A DNA stretch of 64,000 nucleotides. Source: Ophelia neglecta. Lineage: Eukaryota. The notes beneath the pieces are model-generated. The model did no database searches, had not been told where the DNA came from, and saw nothing but the letters and a program-made list of their open reading frames with translations. The position numbers were made by a program, and so were the translations under genes. Positions 14,901 through 28,378 of the stretch are shown here, in pieces (positions within the stretch are counted from its first letter, which is position 1; the number at the start of each line of letters is the position of its first letter). The stretch is taken from positions 52,452,001-52,516,000 of the forward strand of contig OZ260663.1 in the NCBI GenBank assembly GCA_965285935.1, read 5' to 3'.

Positions 14901-15575
14901 TTGTCATCGTACACACACAGATACTCATACTTCGCCGAATAACAAAGCTGTCAATGGATTGATTTTGCAGACTTGGCGAGCTTCACGACTGTGCTAATAT
15001 GAAGAGATTAATAAGTTTGACCGCATACCCACATTCCTGCTTATTACTATAGTATCCAGTACAAATGGTATTAAACTAACAAGAAGGCTAAAACTATTCT
15101 ATACTTCGGATATTAAATGGATCTACACAGCATCCGAGTTCTTGTTACTGTGTGCATACACGTCCCAAGGACAAATTGTCATTGGATTTAAGAATAGTAG
15201 GTCCTTATATGTAGGTTGCCCCGCAATGAAGTTATTGGATACTTTTTCCACATAATTGGTGATATCACACAAATATCATATACTGTTCAATATAGCCGTC
15301 TCATGTATCACCAGGGAAGCATTTTTATATACATCTCCATAATGTCAGATCCACGCAGGCGTGCTCCGGAGATTAATTTTGCAGTTTCACATTTATGCTC
15401 GCTAGTTGGCCACTTAATTTCTAGAGGCATGGCAAGTTACAAGGAAGAAGTCATTTCACCTAAAAGTAGAAACAAAAATATTGATAATTAGTCACATTAC
15501 TGTACGCCTGTTAACAAATCATCGCCCAAAAAAAATCAAGGACGAATTATGTAAAACGAATCCAATTTCAAATTA

Positions 15576-15643
15576 CTACAAAGACTTCATTGGTCGAGGT
15601 TGAAGTCTGACAACGGGGCCTTTGTTCGGCGTTGAAGAGTTCT
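15576..15643 (-). CDS. Shab: Candidate distal Kv2 last exon (exon 5), coding part
   Basis: Strong acceptor cccttctttctgcag|. Phase-1 join to exon 3 gives (E)NSSTPNKGPVVRLQPRPMKSL followed by tandem stops TAG TAA. About 4 kb of UTR-like sequence and minus-strand AATAAA signals follow. Confidence 0.4.
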
Positions 15644-15846
15644 CTGCAGAAAGAAGGGTAACCGAAGTACAATACACAAGACTGTGGTTTTGTGTGGACG
15701 CTTTACCACCGCATGGCGAGGCTGGCAATGCATACGAAACGAGCCGATTAGTACGCGGAGGGTCGAGTAAAGAAACATGTCATGCATATTTGATGGAGGG
15801 GAGCGTGCTGCCAGGAGGACGACAAAGATAACATTAACATGTGCTG

Positions 15847-15898
15847 AGGGGGTGGGGTGGGGTGAGTTGGGGGTAGGAGAGGTAGGGGGTTGGGCGGG
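15847..15898 (+). other. G-quadruplex-capable G-tract cluster
   Basis: At least seven GGG+ runs in about 52 nt (ggggggtggggtggggtgagttgggggtaggagaggtagggggttgggcggg). Confidence 0.6.
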
Positions 15899-16585
15899 TG
15901 TAACAGCGAGTCATTAGGAAAATGTTGATTATGTATTCTCTTTCAGAATCGAAGTATGAAGCTTAATATGGTCTTGTCCTATAGGGACTAATAGAGAATC
16001 GTCAAACTACCCAGCTGGGACAGCATAACAATATCAGTACCATTCGAATATCATGGCAAAACATGTTTTATTGAGCACAATTTCAAATGGAACACGAGAA
16101 TAACTTTGTTCTGCAAGATTTATCAGCGGATGGGTTGGCTCAGAAGTTTCATTAATATTGCAATTAGTCCTACGTGCGCTAGGTACCGTGTTTAATAATA
16201 ATTAAAGTTGCTTAGGTCCCACTCATATCATTTATAATTAAAGCTAGTTTCGAGTTCCAGAAAACGAGTATAGCAATGTGATGATACTATGTTTAGAGCA
16301 ATGATATAGCAAAGACTAGTTATATCTTCACGTAGGCTTTCTTAGAACATTCCAAAGCAGTATGGCGCCAGATTGGCGAGCAGATCTGCTGCATAAGAAG
16401 GTGACTTCATGTAGATAGCAACATGATCAATGGCAACCGGAACAGCCGGAGGAAAAGTCCGAGGCGGAAAGCAACATTCTGCCTCTGCACTTTAAGATAA
16501 AGAGCCTACATGACAACAGAACACAGCTCCTCCATAAATACAAACGGTAGATGGATGGTAAAAGAATCTTAATATTACGTAGACG

Positions 16586-16683
16586 AATAGAAACCGTTAT
16601 GAGATATGTCTAGAGACATGTAACCTGGACCTTAAAATAGAAACCGTTATGAGATATGTCTAGAGACATGTAACCTGGACCTT
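16586..16683. repeat. Perfect tandem duplication (48 bp x2, period 50)
   Basis: AATAGAAACCGTTATGAGATATGTCTAGAGACATGTAACCTGGACCTT occurs at 16586 and 16636. Confidence 0.95.
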
Positions 16684-17030
16684 TAATAAAATGTATCGTG
16701 ATTTCATTAATAGCTTTTATACCCAATGATAATTAAACACAAATGACTTTATATTAAGTTATAATTCCATGCGTATCGCCGACAAGTGTGCGGAAAATCT
16801 GAATATTTCATTTCATCCAAAGAACACCATTAGGAAAAAAGTAAATGGGAAATACAAGGACACTAGCACGTTTGAACTGGGTTCGGGTGGTCACACAAAC
16901 CTGACCACGATGTACATTGACTTGAAGAAAAGATCTATATTGTTGCTCCGTATTTTATTGTAAAACTTCACAAAGTTATGTTATAAAAGAAAGACATTCA
17001 AGTTACTATACAACACACTGTAATATGGCT

Positions 17031-17181
17031 CCCTGTATTCAGCCCTGAGGTGTTTAGCGCTGAGCTGCGAGAGAGTGATAGAATGACTTTACCTTAACCC
17101 ACGTGACATCCCTCTCATAGAACAGAGCCAGAGCAGTAGCGCCGAATCATACAGCGCAGCGGTACCGCGCCGAATACAGAG
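17031..17181. repeat. Degenerate GC-rich inverted-repeat element (possible MITE remnant)
   Basis: CCCTGTATTCAGC at 17031 versus GCCGAATACAGAG at 17169-17181 (11/13 inverted match). Confidence 0.3.
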
Positions 17182-19560
17182 ACCCCTGTAATACAGCATG
17201 AGACTGGGAACACAACCCGCTTGTGTGACCTCGCTTTGGAATCGGGTTGGACCTTTTATAATTTAAGGCCTATAGCGGAATGGATATCTCACGTCAATTT
17301 TCATACTAACATGGCACAAAGATTAAGAGAACAATAGTTTGCCTTGGGGTAGTGCTCCCAGGAATGCAAATATCCATTTCAGCATCAATCAGATGATTAC
17401 ATTCTCTGCCCAAAATATACGCCTCACGTTTCAGACATTATCAGATGGTCGCTGACGGTTGGTTCAATTAATCGCCTGACTTATTTTTCCTCCAGATCCT
17501 TCGCCTCAGCCTTAGCGCTTAGATGCAGCTCTTTAAGTAGCAAATCACAAAGCGGACTGGTCATATCCAACCTTTTGCACATTTCATGACAGGTAAAGAG
17601 GATGGGATGTCTTAAGGAAATGGGAGGGACTTTGTATTATTTTACCCTTCGGCTCATATGTCCATTATGGGACATTTAATTGCCCATAAGGCTGATGATC
17701 CGGAACTTTGAGTGAAGGCTCAATCTTGGGCATGGAGTTTCCAGTGAGTGACCGTAACTACCCAAATCTATACGGAAATGTGGAATCATAAACCGACTGG
17801 GGGAGATATTGCATCCAAGCTTATGAAAACCATCTCTCTATATAAATTTGTTTAGGAAATCACCAATAAACAAATTGCTGACATTAAGAGTCAAGAGTGT
17901 CACCATATGGATTCTAATTTCTGTGAATGATGATTGTGAGTTGCATACTTTTAGGAAATTCTTAAAATGTTATGTTTTGGAGGATAACCTCCTGTGAGTC
18001 AATGATGAATTGTCAATGCCTATAAGGTCATTCTATCTTTTGAGTGTTTGAGGCATACCATTGAGGCTTACCATTGTCAGTCTGCTACTTCCACTAGCCT
18101 AATAACCTCTTTATCCTTATATTAATTCGCTATGTATATATTTTTTAAATAATGAAACATACTCCTATCTGGCGTACGTGTTCTATTAATGTTTTGTCCT
18201 CTTCATTACCATGTAAGTGAAACCATTGTGTGAGCAATAAACATCATTCAGCACTAAGCTAGAGGTCACATAATATTGTAAAGAGATGTTCGTATGGTAT
18301 CCTTAACATCTTTTGTCGACAGGTTTAGTTGCTTCATTTATATCAAAACGGAGGCAACAAATATCAAACAGGCAAATTCAATTCTTCGGGAGCATGTTCT
18401 ATCATGCCCTTTGCTCCAAATCAGTCCTGCATCAAGGCAACGAGACTGGCGTAGATGCGAATCAAAATAGCTTTCAAGTCAATCAATTTTCCATTAGTTC
18501 CTGCTTACAGCCTTCGTATCTCTTCATCAAAATTAGCCAGAAAACCCACAAAATTGACTGGTTCGATACGCGGTTGCCCACAAACGATTTCAACATCGAT
18601 CCATATCCGTACCATCTTATCCAAAGGTTTGATTATTAGATGTAAAAAGAAAATATAATTTTTTTTGGCACGACTATATATTGCAATTTTGTCTTGGTGA
18701 TAAAAGATAAACGGCCAAATTTATCCAAATCCATTTTTTACTGTAAAGACAAAATGATAAAATCCCGCTTCGGATTGAACATGTATAATCTATATTTGCT
18801 CCATTCTTTAGCCGGTGATAAAAGAACAATGGCATCATTTGTATTTACTCTCATTTTTACCAAGAGACACGCGACAAATTTTGAACGGGATTTGAGAAAA
18901 AAGGCCTACTATCAAAAAACAAAATCAATTGCGCCAAGGCACATTTTGGGCATTTGAATAAAAATATAGTTTAATTGTCCAAGACTGAAATAAACATATA
19001 TTAAATACTGCTATGAAGTCAAATGCCAGGAAACTACTAAGTACCTAAAAGTTTATCTCAAGGTCAACCTGAGTACTTGTGCCAACGAATTTGTCCTTTT
19101 CTTGTTCAAGCGTAGAGCTCCAGATGAGATTTTTAATGCTTTTTGGCCACTTAATAATGCAAGAAAAGTAAAGGATTGACCAGTAATGTTAGATCATATG
19201 CAATAATCAGGTAGTAGCCTCCATTCGGAAGTGGAATTTCATTTACTGGAATTGATTAAAATCTCTGTATTCTTGCACTGGAACTAATTTTGAACGTAAA
19301 TGTTGCTTCGGCCTGCCTTAAAAAAACCAGAAGATACCCGACAGAAAATCAAAATCAGCTAGTAATTAAATCGGTTTAAATTCATCAGGAACAGTGTACA
19401 GATGGCGCTCTAAGCATTATGTCGAAAGCTGCTATTACAAACAATTTCAAAACTAGATTTCAAAAGAAATATGCCTCTTGTAAAGGGAATTCGAATTTGT
19501 CAACTATTTTACAAGGTGTGAGTCAAACCACAAAACAAAGAAGTCAGTGGTGAAAGTAGG

Positions 19561-20010
19561 ACGAAGACAAAATATGCGCTAGGAGAGTATGAGAAGAGGA
19601 AATATGCCCTAGGCGAGTCTGAGATGAGGCAACATGCCCTAGAAATGTCTGAGATGAGGCAACTTGATCTAAGAGAGTTTAAGATGAAAAACGGAGAGAT
19701 GATGCAACGTGACCTAGGAGGGTCTATGATGAGGCAATAGGCTCTAGAAGACTTTGACATGAGGCAACATACTTTAAGAGAGTCTAAGATGAGACAACAT
19801 GCTATAGAAGAATCAGAAATGATGCAACGTGACCTAGGAGGGTCTATGATGAGCAATATGCTCCATAAGACTTTGACATGAGGCAACATTACCTAAGACA
19901 GTCTAAGATGAGGCAACCTGCCCTAGAAGAGAGAGAGACGAGGCAACATGCTCTAGGAGTGCCAGAGATGAGGCTACATGCTCTAGGCGAATATGAGATG
20001 AGCGAACAAT
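19561..20010. repeat. Degenerate 30-bp minisatellite (about 15 units)
   Basis: Unit approximately GAGATGAGGCAACATGCYCTAGGAGAGTCT, repeated with a 30-nt period (e.g. 19591, 19621, 19651). A higher-order duplicated block is offset by about 120 bp. Confidence 0.9.
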
Positions 20011-23000
20011 GTTGAGTAACGCCTTTTGAGGGTGCTGTATATTTTTTTTGCGACACGACTTTTGGAGAAACACAGTTCGACAACTGAGTAAACCAATTTC
20101 AAAGTCGGAGGTGACGATAATTTCCAATAACATCTGGAGCTTTTATGAATAAACACACAGGCCTGCACCATGTACAATTTCATTTTGGAAATACGAGCAT
20201 AATTTACAGAAACGTTCATACTCCGTTCGCCTGCAATGGGAGCAGGTGCCTTTCCCAATCCGACAGAGAATAAGAGAAATCCATCATACTTGTCGGATAT
20301 ATTAAATTTCCCTAGTATTGCTTTGTGTCACACTCCTTGGCCTTGCTAGGAAATTTGTGTCTCCTTATTTTCAATCAATTTTGCAGGGGCATCTAAATCC
20401 AGCATTAAATTATTAATGCGTATCCTACTTAAAGCAGATCTAGCATGGCATCAATGTTTCAGTTGCTGCAAGCTATTCCCGTCTGTACATCAGCCAGGAA
20501 AAATACGCTGTTTAGTTTTTAGAAAAGCTTGGAATGTTCCACATACAATAGACAGACATGAGATCAACAGCAGTCGCTTTCTACATTAGCAAGGCCACGA
20601 TGGAGCATTACACAATTTTATACTCCATTAGTTATTTGTCCAGGCTAATTTTACAAAACATCACCATTTGCTTTGCCATGGAAATGTATTACATTCTGGC
20701 AGACGATCGCATGGCGCATGTGCTTCATACCAGCCTTAATCGACGATCCTGATCAACGACACCACCGGGAAATTAATCTTTGATTTTCCAACTGTTTATA
20801 GACAATTTCGTGAACTCCAGTTCGCAAAATGTCGTAATGACTGATAGAGGATGACCTTATTAAGACCAATACGACCGTAGTTAGCTCGCTGATGATGACA
20901 GAGTAGATTTTAATGAGTCAATATTTCCTTCTATAAACTTTTTCGTCAGGTATCTTAAAGGCGCACGTACGTTATAACAGTCCCACGGGATATTTCAATT
21001 ACTATTTGCATGGCTAAACGATCTTTATTTCGATTGTCAAAAATTCCAAGAGTCTTAAATGCGAACCTGGCCCGTGAGCAAAAGCCTAGAAAATATATTA
21101 GATGTTCGGCCTAAATTCAGGTATTAGGTTAAGCTACTGGCGAGCGGATTGTATTTAAATTTCCAACTTTGTTTTCATTTTTACGTGCTTCTTGTCTAAC
21201 ATGATAGAGAAAATTGCCCTGATGTACATTTCAACAGAAACATGACTTGCTTCAATTTTAAGCCAAAGAGACGAGGATCAGTAAGCTTAAAGACAGATAC
21301 GTCTGTTTAAACGCCTTGCGAGATGTATGCATCGGCGAACAAAAGACGAAAAATCTAAAGTCGTGAATTTCAGAGAGAAAAGCAGGTTGACTAGGTTTAA
21401 CTGTACAGTAAAAAATCATATGAAAATATGTTAATAAGTATCGTAGTTAAGCGTTATATTTTAAAAATACATAGATTGATTGGGAACCTCATATCTCTCG
21501 CATATTTGTAAGAGAACAATGGGGGTACATTCGCCTAGGTGCTGTTTTTGCCGAAACATTTTATTTTGACATTTTAAAGTTTTGCGTTACTGTGATTAAC
21601 CCATACCCTATTCGACATCTCATAGAAAGACCTATGTACACAAGTGACCCTATCTCCCTATGGAAAGCATTTGTTCATAGAAATTACAACTAAATGAATA
21701 TATAGGCATATAATGCCTGGTTTCAAGCTATCATTTTCTTAACAGCCACTTCGAATACAGAAACGGGATTGGATATTAACAGACAAAACCAATTAATTTA
21801 TCAAGATATATTGAAAAAAAATCGACTAGACAGCCCGATTGTTACATAGACCCACTTTAGACGTGTGAAGAACGGTCACATTCACGAGTGGATTCTATGG
21901 ACGGCCGAAAAAAGAAACCAATTTAGGATTACCATGATTACGAATGTTGATTAACTTTTGATATTCGAGAAAAATTAATGATGCCCGCATAAACAGAAGA
22001 TCGATGGCCTTCTATTAAATTTGTTAGGCTTCGTTGCTTTTGCCCAGGAGTATCTACATAAACATTGCATGACTTACAAAAACGGCCAAGTGAATGTCAT
22101 TCTGTTAAGCATTATGCCTAACCTACACATTTCTGGTTGATATTTATTGGGTTTATTAGGTATGAAGATATAACCTTAATCTATCGTAATGCACAAAAGC
22201 CTACCAAGTACTGGTCTACATGCAACGTCGTATGAATTTATGGTCCTCTTGTCCCCTTGTTCACTACGGGCAGAAAATGGATATTATCATGTTATGATTA
22301 TACTGCAAGAAGCATTCCATCACACATGGCACGCCGACATTGCTGGCTGATTTAGCTCAAATGCCGCATCCCTTCGCGGGGATGACATAGCTGACAGGCC
22401 CGATGGAAAGATTCATCGCTCACATCCGCTGACATGTGAGGAAAATTATCCATAATCCGCTGGAAATACTGTGGGCATAAATCGACTGGGTATTAAAAGC
22501 TATAAAACCTAAATAGCCAACCGCCGTAGAATTCTAGGCTACTGCGACTTGTGGTTGTATAAGATACGTTGAAGAACGGAGATCCATGTAAACACTGCTT
22601 TTGGTTTGTTTTATATAACACATAGGACTATATTATTGATAGAAGCCTATATAAATGTCAATTGTTCATATAAGCAAAGCCTCACCAGTTTCCACCAGGA
22701 ATAAGACACACGGGCTGGACTATTTGTAGTTCAAGATAGTCACGGTTTAAAACCATTGCTTTAAATAATGGCTGTACTGCATGATATCGAAATAAATTTG
22801 TGTCCACTGTCTTAGTAGAGGAACCGTTCACGTAATAACGCCGTTAGCTCTTCATGACCACAATAAACAGATCATGGCTGATGCGCATTTTTGTTCTAAT
22901 TTACTAAATGGACCTCACTATTTGTAGCATCAACTGCAATGTATGGTTAGTAGCTTGTTCGATTGACGTCATATTGCATGCCCACGGTCCTCTATACAGA

Positions 23001-26000
23001 CGAGACTGGTTAAGAACGGTGCAAATAATCATACCGATCTAATGCAATGTGTAAAAACATGCCTTGCTAAAAACCTGACTTTGGGGGAAGATGGCCTACA
23101 GAGTGGATTTATTGCCCCCCCCCCTTCCCTCATTCACCCTTTTTGAAATAAAAAGGGGGGATAAGTATTAGGTGTATCCGTCCTCGGGCGACTGGCCGAC
23201 GTTTGTTTTGCTGAAGCTCGGTAACTAATAGGTCCACAGTTAATATATTTCACATATAAGATTTATAGGTCTGGAAAACTTTGTTCGAGATATATGCCAC
23301 CGCCCCGGTACATATACACAACTTCCTTTACAGCAATATGATGACGAAAGCTTGTAAAATATCACGATAGGGCAAAAAGTATCAGAGCAATAGGGCTATA
23401 ATTGACAGAATATGAAGCGTTGTAGGTTTGACATGAACTGATTACCCTTCAAGTTGGTGGGAATCTGAGTATATTTCGTTGCTATGGCAACGCCAAATAT
23501 AAAAGGCGATCGGCAAAATATAGGCTTATTTCAATTTTTGCTTGTAAAAAGGTAAGCTAACATTTGAGCGTCTGTGCCAGTTAGGTCTACTTTCTGTTAG
23601 GCGATGTTCCTTACCCTGTAAAAAATATTGTATATGGGAAGGGTGCACTGTCCATATAGGCCTATCATAAGACTTGAATTCTTGAGTACAATCGAAAGCC
23701 TTAAAGCCGGCTGCTTCTTCTCAGTGTGACTTCTTACACTTTCATGACCGTATGCGTGTTTATTTTTTTGAACGATACATGTCACGTTATTTTCTGAATG
23801 TATTTAGAAGCGGACTTCCCATTATAATTGTGCTTCTTCAACTATAATATTTTTAAATATAATTAAATACATGACACAATGTATTTATCAATGCTTTATG
23901 AATCTAAATTTCAAGAGGCCCATATCTCAACGCTGGTCATGCCCAAGGAACAACGTTTAATAACTGACCTTATTCAGACGGGAAGAGAGAAAACTTGGAA
24001 TTTTGGTTAATTAAGCCACAAATTCTCGATGCATGTAACGTATGTGAGAAATCAGTGCTATAGTATACAAGTAGATTTTTGAACGCTCAAGCGTTGAATT
24101 GTCTTACCTACATCAGCAACACAATTAACCGCAAATATGGTCATCGCCTTTTTATATTTCAGACATGTCGGCGATATCAACAAAAAAGCTGACACATCCT
24201 CAGCATAAATGCAACCGAAAAAATTACGTATATTTTTTCGGAATATTTCCTAATTATTATAGGCTTGTTCACACGAAAGCAAAACTATTCATTTTGAAAA
24301 TTATCCAATGCATACTCGGTGACAAAAAAGGTCAGAAAAATAGTATGTTAAAGAACCCAAACCGTAAATTATTAGCCTATCAAAAGTCCAAGATGCAGCT
24401 GTGAAAGGTTAGAGGTCATCGCTGGCAGACGGACATCAAGCTCGGATCACTACAGCCATCGTCAATGCACAATAGTGTAGGCAACAGCTTGCCGGCCATG
24501 CATCATGATTACCAGCGTCTTAAAGTCCTGAGCCCGAGACATACACCACTTCAGGCCATTAGGAAACATCCAAGGAGAAGGAGGCCATTGAACAGAAAGT
24601 GCTGCTTCAATCTTCATTGGATTGAAAATATCTCCTAATGGAAAAAGAGGAAGCAAAGAGCCCCATAGTAAGCCTAATGGGGCAGTTTTTGCTGCTCATA
24701 ATTTAAAACCACAAGACAGTGGATACTACAGCCGGTATATTATAGGTCTTCTGCTAGCCGGTAACAGAGAAGACGTAAACATGAAGTGCATAAAAAAAAC
24801 ATAGGCTTATCAAAGAGACATTGCATGCCTGCTTTGCACAGTGTCTCTGTTCGGTTTTGCCTCTGCCTTAAAGAGAAAAGAAGGAAAAAAGGGGCATGAC
24901 TGCCATGAAGATTGATTGCCTGAATAGAGTGGGGCAAACTGTGTCCATGGTCCATATAAACGTGTCCAATTCAAACCTAAATTATTAGGGCAACTGTCAA
25001 CAAGCATTCCATCGACGTACATGTCCATAATTATGCTGACCAAGGACTGTTTCGTTAATTAAAGGCATGTTGCTTTGTGGCACTTTGGCGTTCTTCAGTT
25101 TCATAACAATTCAATCGGGGTTAAAATGCACATATCCCCGTAAGGCAATCCAAATAAACAAATGGTATGCAGACTGCTGAATAGAAGAACACATACTTAA
25201 TGAGATATATATGTTCGAGGAATTCGATTGGGAGGGTGAAACGCTTATGTACGTGTAAACAAATGGACCTAACAATCACAGATAAAAGGAAACTTGACCC
25301 TTAATAAGGCGGGTCCCCAATGTAGAAACCTTTTTGATTTTTTCAGGGAGCAATAATTTGTAAAGCATTTCTTTCAATTAGAAATCCTATGCTAGTAAAT
25401 GCGGAACATTTTAGACAACTCTGAAAATATACACTATATAATATTCCTTTGCTATACGGAGTTTACTAGCTAAACATAGTCAACTCCAAAGGTTTGAGGT
25501 TTACCAGAAAAGTTTGTTAGTGCCGTGGGTTACAACCATGCAGATAACAAGGTTTCTTACGATGTGCCATCGTGCCAGCCTTATATAGGCCTATTAAGCA
25601 TCCTGCCGATATAACTTAACATCCACATGTAGTAAAATATGTTTAAGACGGTAAGCACATATAGGATTGCTTCACATGCCAACAACATTATGTGTCCACA
25701 CAGCTTGTTAAGTAACGTTATAGGCTTTGTTCTGGTTTGTAACATAAATTATTCAATAAAGTCCCGCTTGATTTAAATTGAAGGCAAAACTATTGTGTAA
25801 ATATGTTTGTTACCCCAGGCGCATCGGCAGGGTTACTAAAACAACGTTTAGTACGAAGTGATATGCATGGTGGTATATAATCCCAGTGCTTATTTCTAGT
25901 TTGGTAAACTAAGACATCAAAATTGATCAAGACACCAATGTCACTGTTGGCCCTGTTTGATCCTAACCATATTTCAAACAAATGCAGCCCATACATTCCT

Positions 26001-26184
26001 GAATTATCACGCATCAGGATATGTCAGTCACAGTCAAGTTTCTTGTGTATAAATCTGCTGCTTTTGGATTTAAGTTCGAAGTGGCGTGGCAGAATCTCAA
26101 AATGTATCAGCAGTGTGGCGTCCTAAAATAAACACTGTCTACGCCTATTCGGCGAAGTATGAAACAATCATAGCTTTAAATGTG

Positions 26185-26435
26185 TTGTCCACATTATAAA
26201 AACAACTCGTCTACGACTCGCTTTTCTTGACTTTCGAGTGGCAGAAAACCATGCTCTCTCCATTCCTTATTAACTGCCGTATTGCTCACGCTCCGTAGCT
26301 GGAGTTATTGGGAGGCGGCAGTATAGGGGAGGAGTTTCAATTCATTAATCATGTTTTTTGGTGTCTGAATCGCAAAAACCTCGCCTACGACTGGGTTTTT
26401 ACTAAATCCGATTGACTAAAATATCATGATTCATC
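26185..26435. repeat. Palindromic dispersed-repeat remnant with two related hairpin cores
   Basis: AAAACAACTCGTCTACGACTCGCTTTT (about 26198) and AAAAACCTCGCCTACGACTGGGTTTTT (about 26374). The second is flanked by inverted aatcatg.../...catgatt arms. Confidence 0.4.
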
Positions 26436-27551
26436 TATATTAGGCAACACAAAATTGCCAGACGATCGATGAGACCTAATTTTATATCGTTATATACAGT
26501 TTTGGACATGGGACCTGTGTTCCTGTAATGTATTTAAGATTAAGGGAATGCGGTCCAGCAGAAAAGGTGGGAGGAGGCTTGGCGGAGAGCTAAGGATTTT
26601 CTTATATAGCGGCCTGGAATTTGACCCTCAGCACATACACACTTAAAAACATAATAGTCTCCTACATGTATGAACATTTTGAATTTTTTAATAAGCATGA
26701 AAAAGGAAGTTTTACATATAAAATAAGCAGATGAGAATTATATGTAGTTTTACCTTAATTAGCCGGAAGGAGGAGCCTCTAATCAGAGAGGGTTGAGAGG
26801 GAGCTCCATACAAGGTTTTTTGACATATCTCGGACGGCGTTCCACCTTTAATACTGAGTCAGGCTATGGCTCTTCGTTTCTTATATTTACTTCTTCGGTA
26901 TGTGAGGTGTTGGGCCTTGTGTGTAATTTCGATTTTCTCGAGAGATTCCCATAATAATTGAAATTTTACAAACACTGGACACTTGAAGAATTGTACTGAA
27001 CTATAGAAATGATAGACAAAACACTGGGAAATCCCTCTATCTAAAACTTGAATAAATCGATGCATTGTACTTCGACACATCTGTGATACGAAAGTTGAAA
27101 CGGGTTAGTATTTGTCGATGTTGATAAGAGTTTCAATACTTTCATGGTGGCACGTGGTTTGTTGTTCTGAACTGACCATTGTAGGAGTCAGACAATGTAA
27201 ACTGGGTGTGTAATACAGAACTAACCAACAGATATGTGTTAGATTACAACATTAGGAGTCTTTTTAAATGGGAACTACTGTATTATAAAGACCAGGTATG
27301 GAAAGCCGTCCCAGATATTTTGCTATGGAAAGCCGCGTCAACCCCGGGATAATTAGTATAGGAATAGTTGCTGACGTACAAGATTTAAATCCTGCATTCA
27401 GCCTATATTCAAGGGAGACATCAAGACATAATAAGGAATTATTGCAATATATATTCGGGTTTTCTCTGTTCAACATAAAACAATGGAGAAAACACTAGTT
27501 AAGTTTGAAGGAATGGGAATAAGCAATTTAAAGTAAAATGCAATTAAGTAA

Positions 27552-27882
27552 GGTGGTCGCCTGGTTATAACCAAAAATTGCCGTAGACTTATTTCTAGGT
27601 CAGATCCATAATTACCAAACATGGCAAGATGGTTCCTAGTGTTTCTGATACGATAATTGAGTTGAATTAAACAATTAAAAATAGTTGCCAATTTTCCATC
27701 TACTTCCATATTAAGCAAAAAGGGCATTTTTGAAAACTTCTTACTGCAGTCCATCAATAACGCAATGAAAGCGAAGGAGTTCCAGAATGTCTGCTCGCCG
27801 GTTTTTTTCATTTAAAGCCAGCAATCAGTTGAGAACGTCTGGGGAAAGTGACTTGACTGTTAATCATAACCCAGAGGCCACC
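27552..27882. mobile_element. Second Kolobok-like MITE
   Basis: gtaa|GGTGGTCGCCTGGTTAT ... ATAACCCAGAGGCCACC|TTAA. Imperfect TIRs with the same GGTGG-type terminus as the 37361-37627 element. Confidence 0.5.
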
Positions 27883-28378
27883 TTAAGTTATGTACTTTGG
27901 GTTATTCAATGACATTCATGAATATGATTCATAAAGTAATTACAATTTGAGGAACATTTCATTCGGTGGTAAATCGCCAACACAAAACGGATATCATATG
28001 CCTACATGCAAGCGGTTAATACAATGCAAAATATGTGATAAATAACATAAAATATCATGTAAAGCGCAAATCAACTCTTATCGGTGTAACCAGAAAAGCG
28101 AACGCATCAATTGGCAAAGAGTTGCGAACTATAGGCGTGTACATCAGCAGAGAGGAAAAGAACGACCCGGGCTTCAACTCCCAATTTCCATGCACGTGCA
28201 AGCCTCCTCCAGCGCGTAGTAGATTTTACCAAATTTACCACCATCGAGCACCAACAGCCCTCAGAGTTCTTGTCACGGTGCCCGGGGTGCCAGGGCTGTC
28301 TGCACACCCCGGATATTATAACGACATACTTACCCGCTCATCCTCACACATTTGATCCACAGAGCTTGCAAGCCTAGA

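Noticed and set aside
19561-20010. CRISPR-like periodicity
   Set aside because: The units are contiguous degenerate tandem copies with no unique spacers. The context is eukaryotic and there are no cas genes.
19509-20133. Cys/Leu/Ser-rich ORFs (126, 64 and 76 aa)
   Set aside because: They are translations of the 30-bp minisatellite. Frames are broken by indels and there is no convincing splice context.
23478-23491. Perfect RFX X-box-like palindrome GTTGCTATGGCAAC
   Set aside because: It is far from either promoter and sits in a stretch that looks like a decayed dispersed repeat. A single motif is not enough to call.
26540-26851. Possible third TTAA-flanked element (ggaatgcggtcc / ggacggcgttcc)
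   Set aside because: The TIR match is short and offset from the TTAA ends, too degenerate to call without a repeat library.
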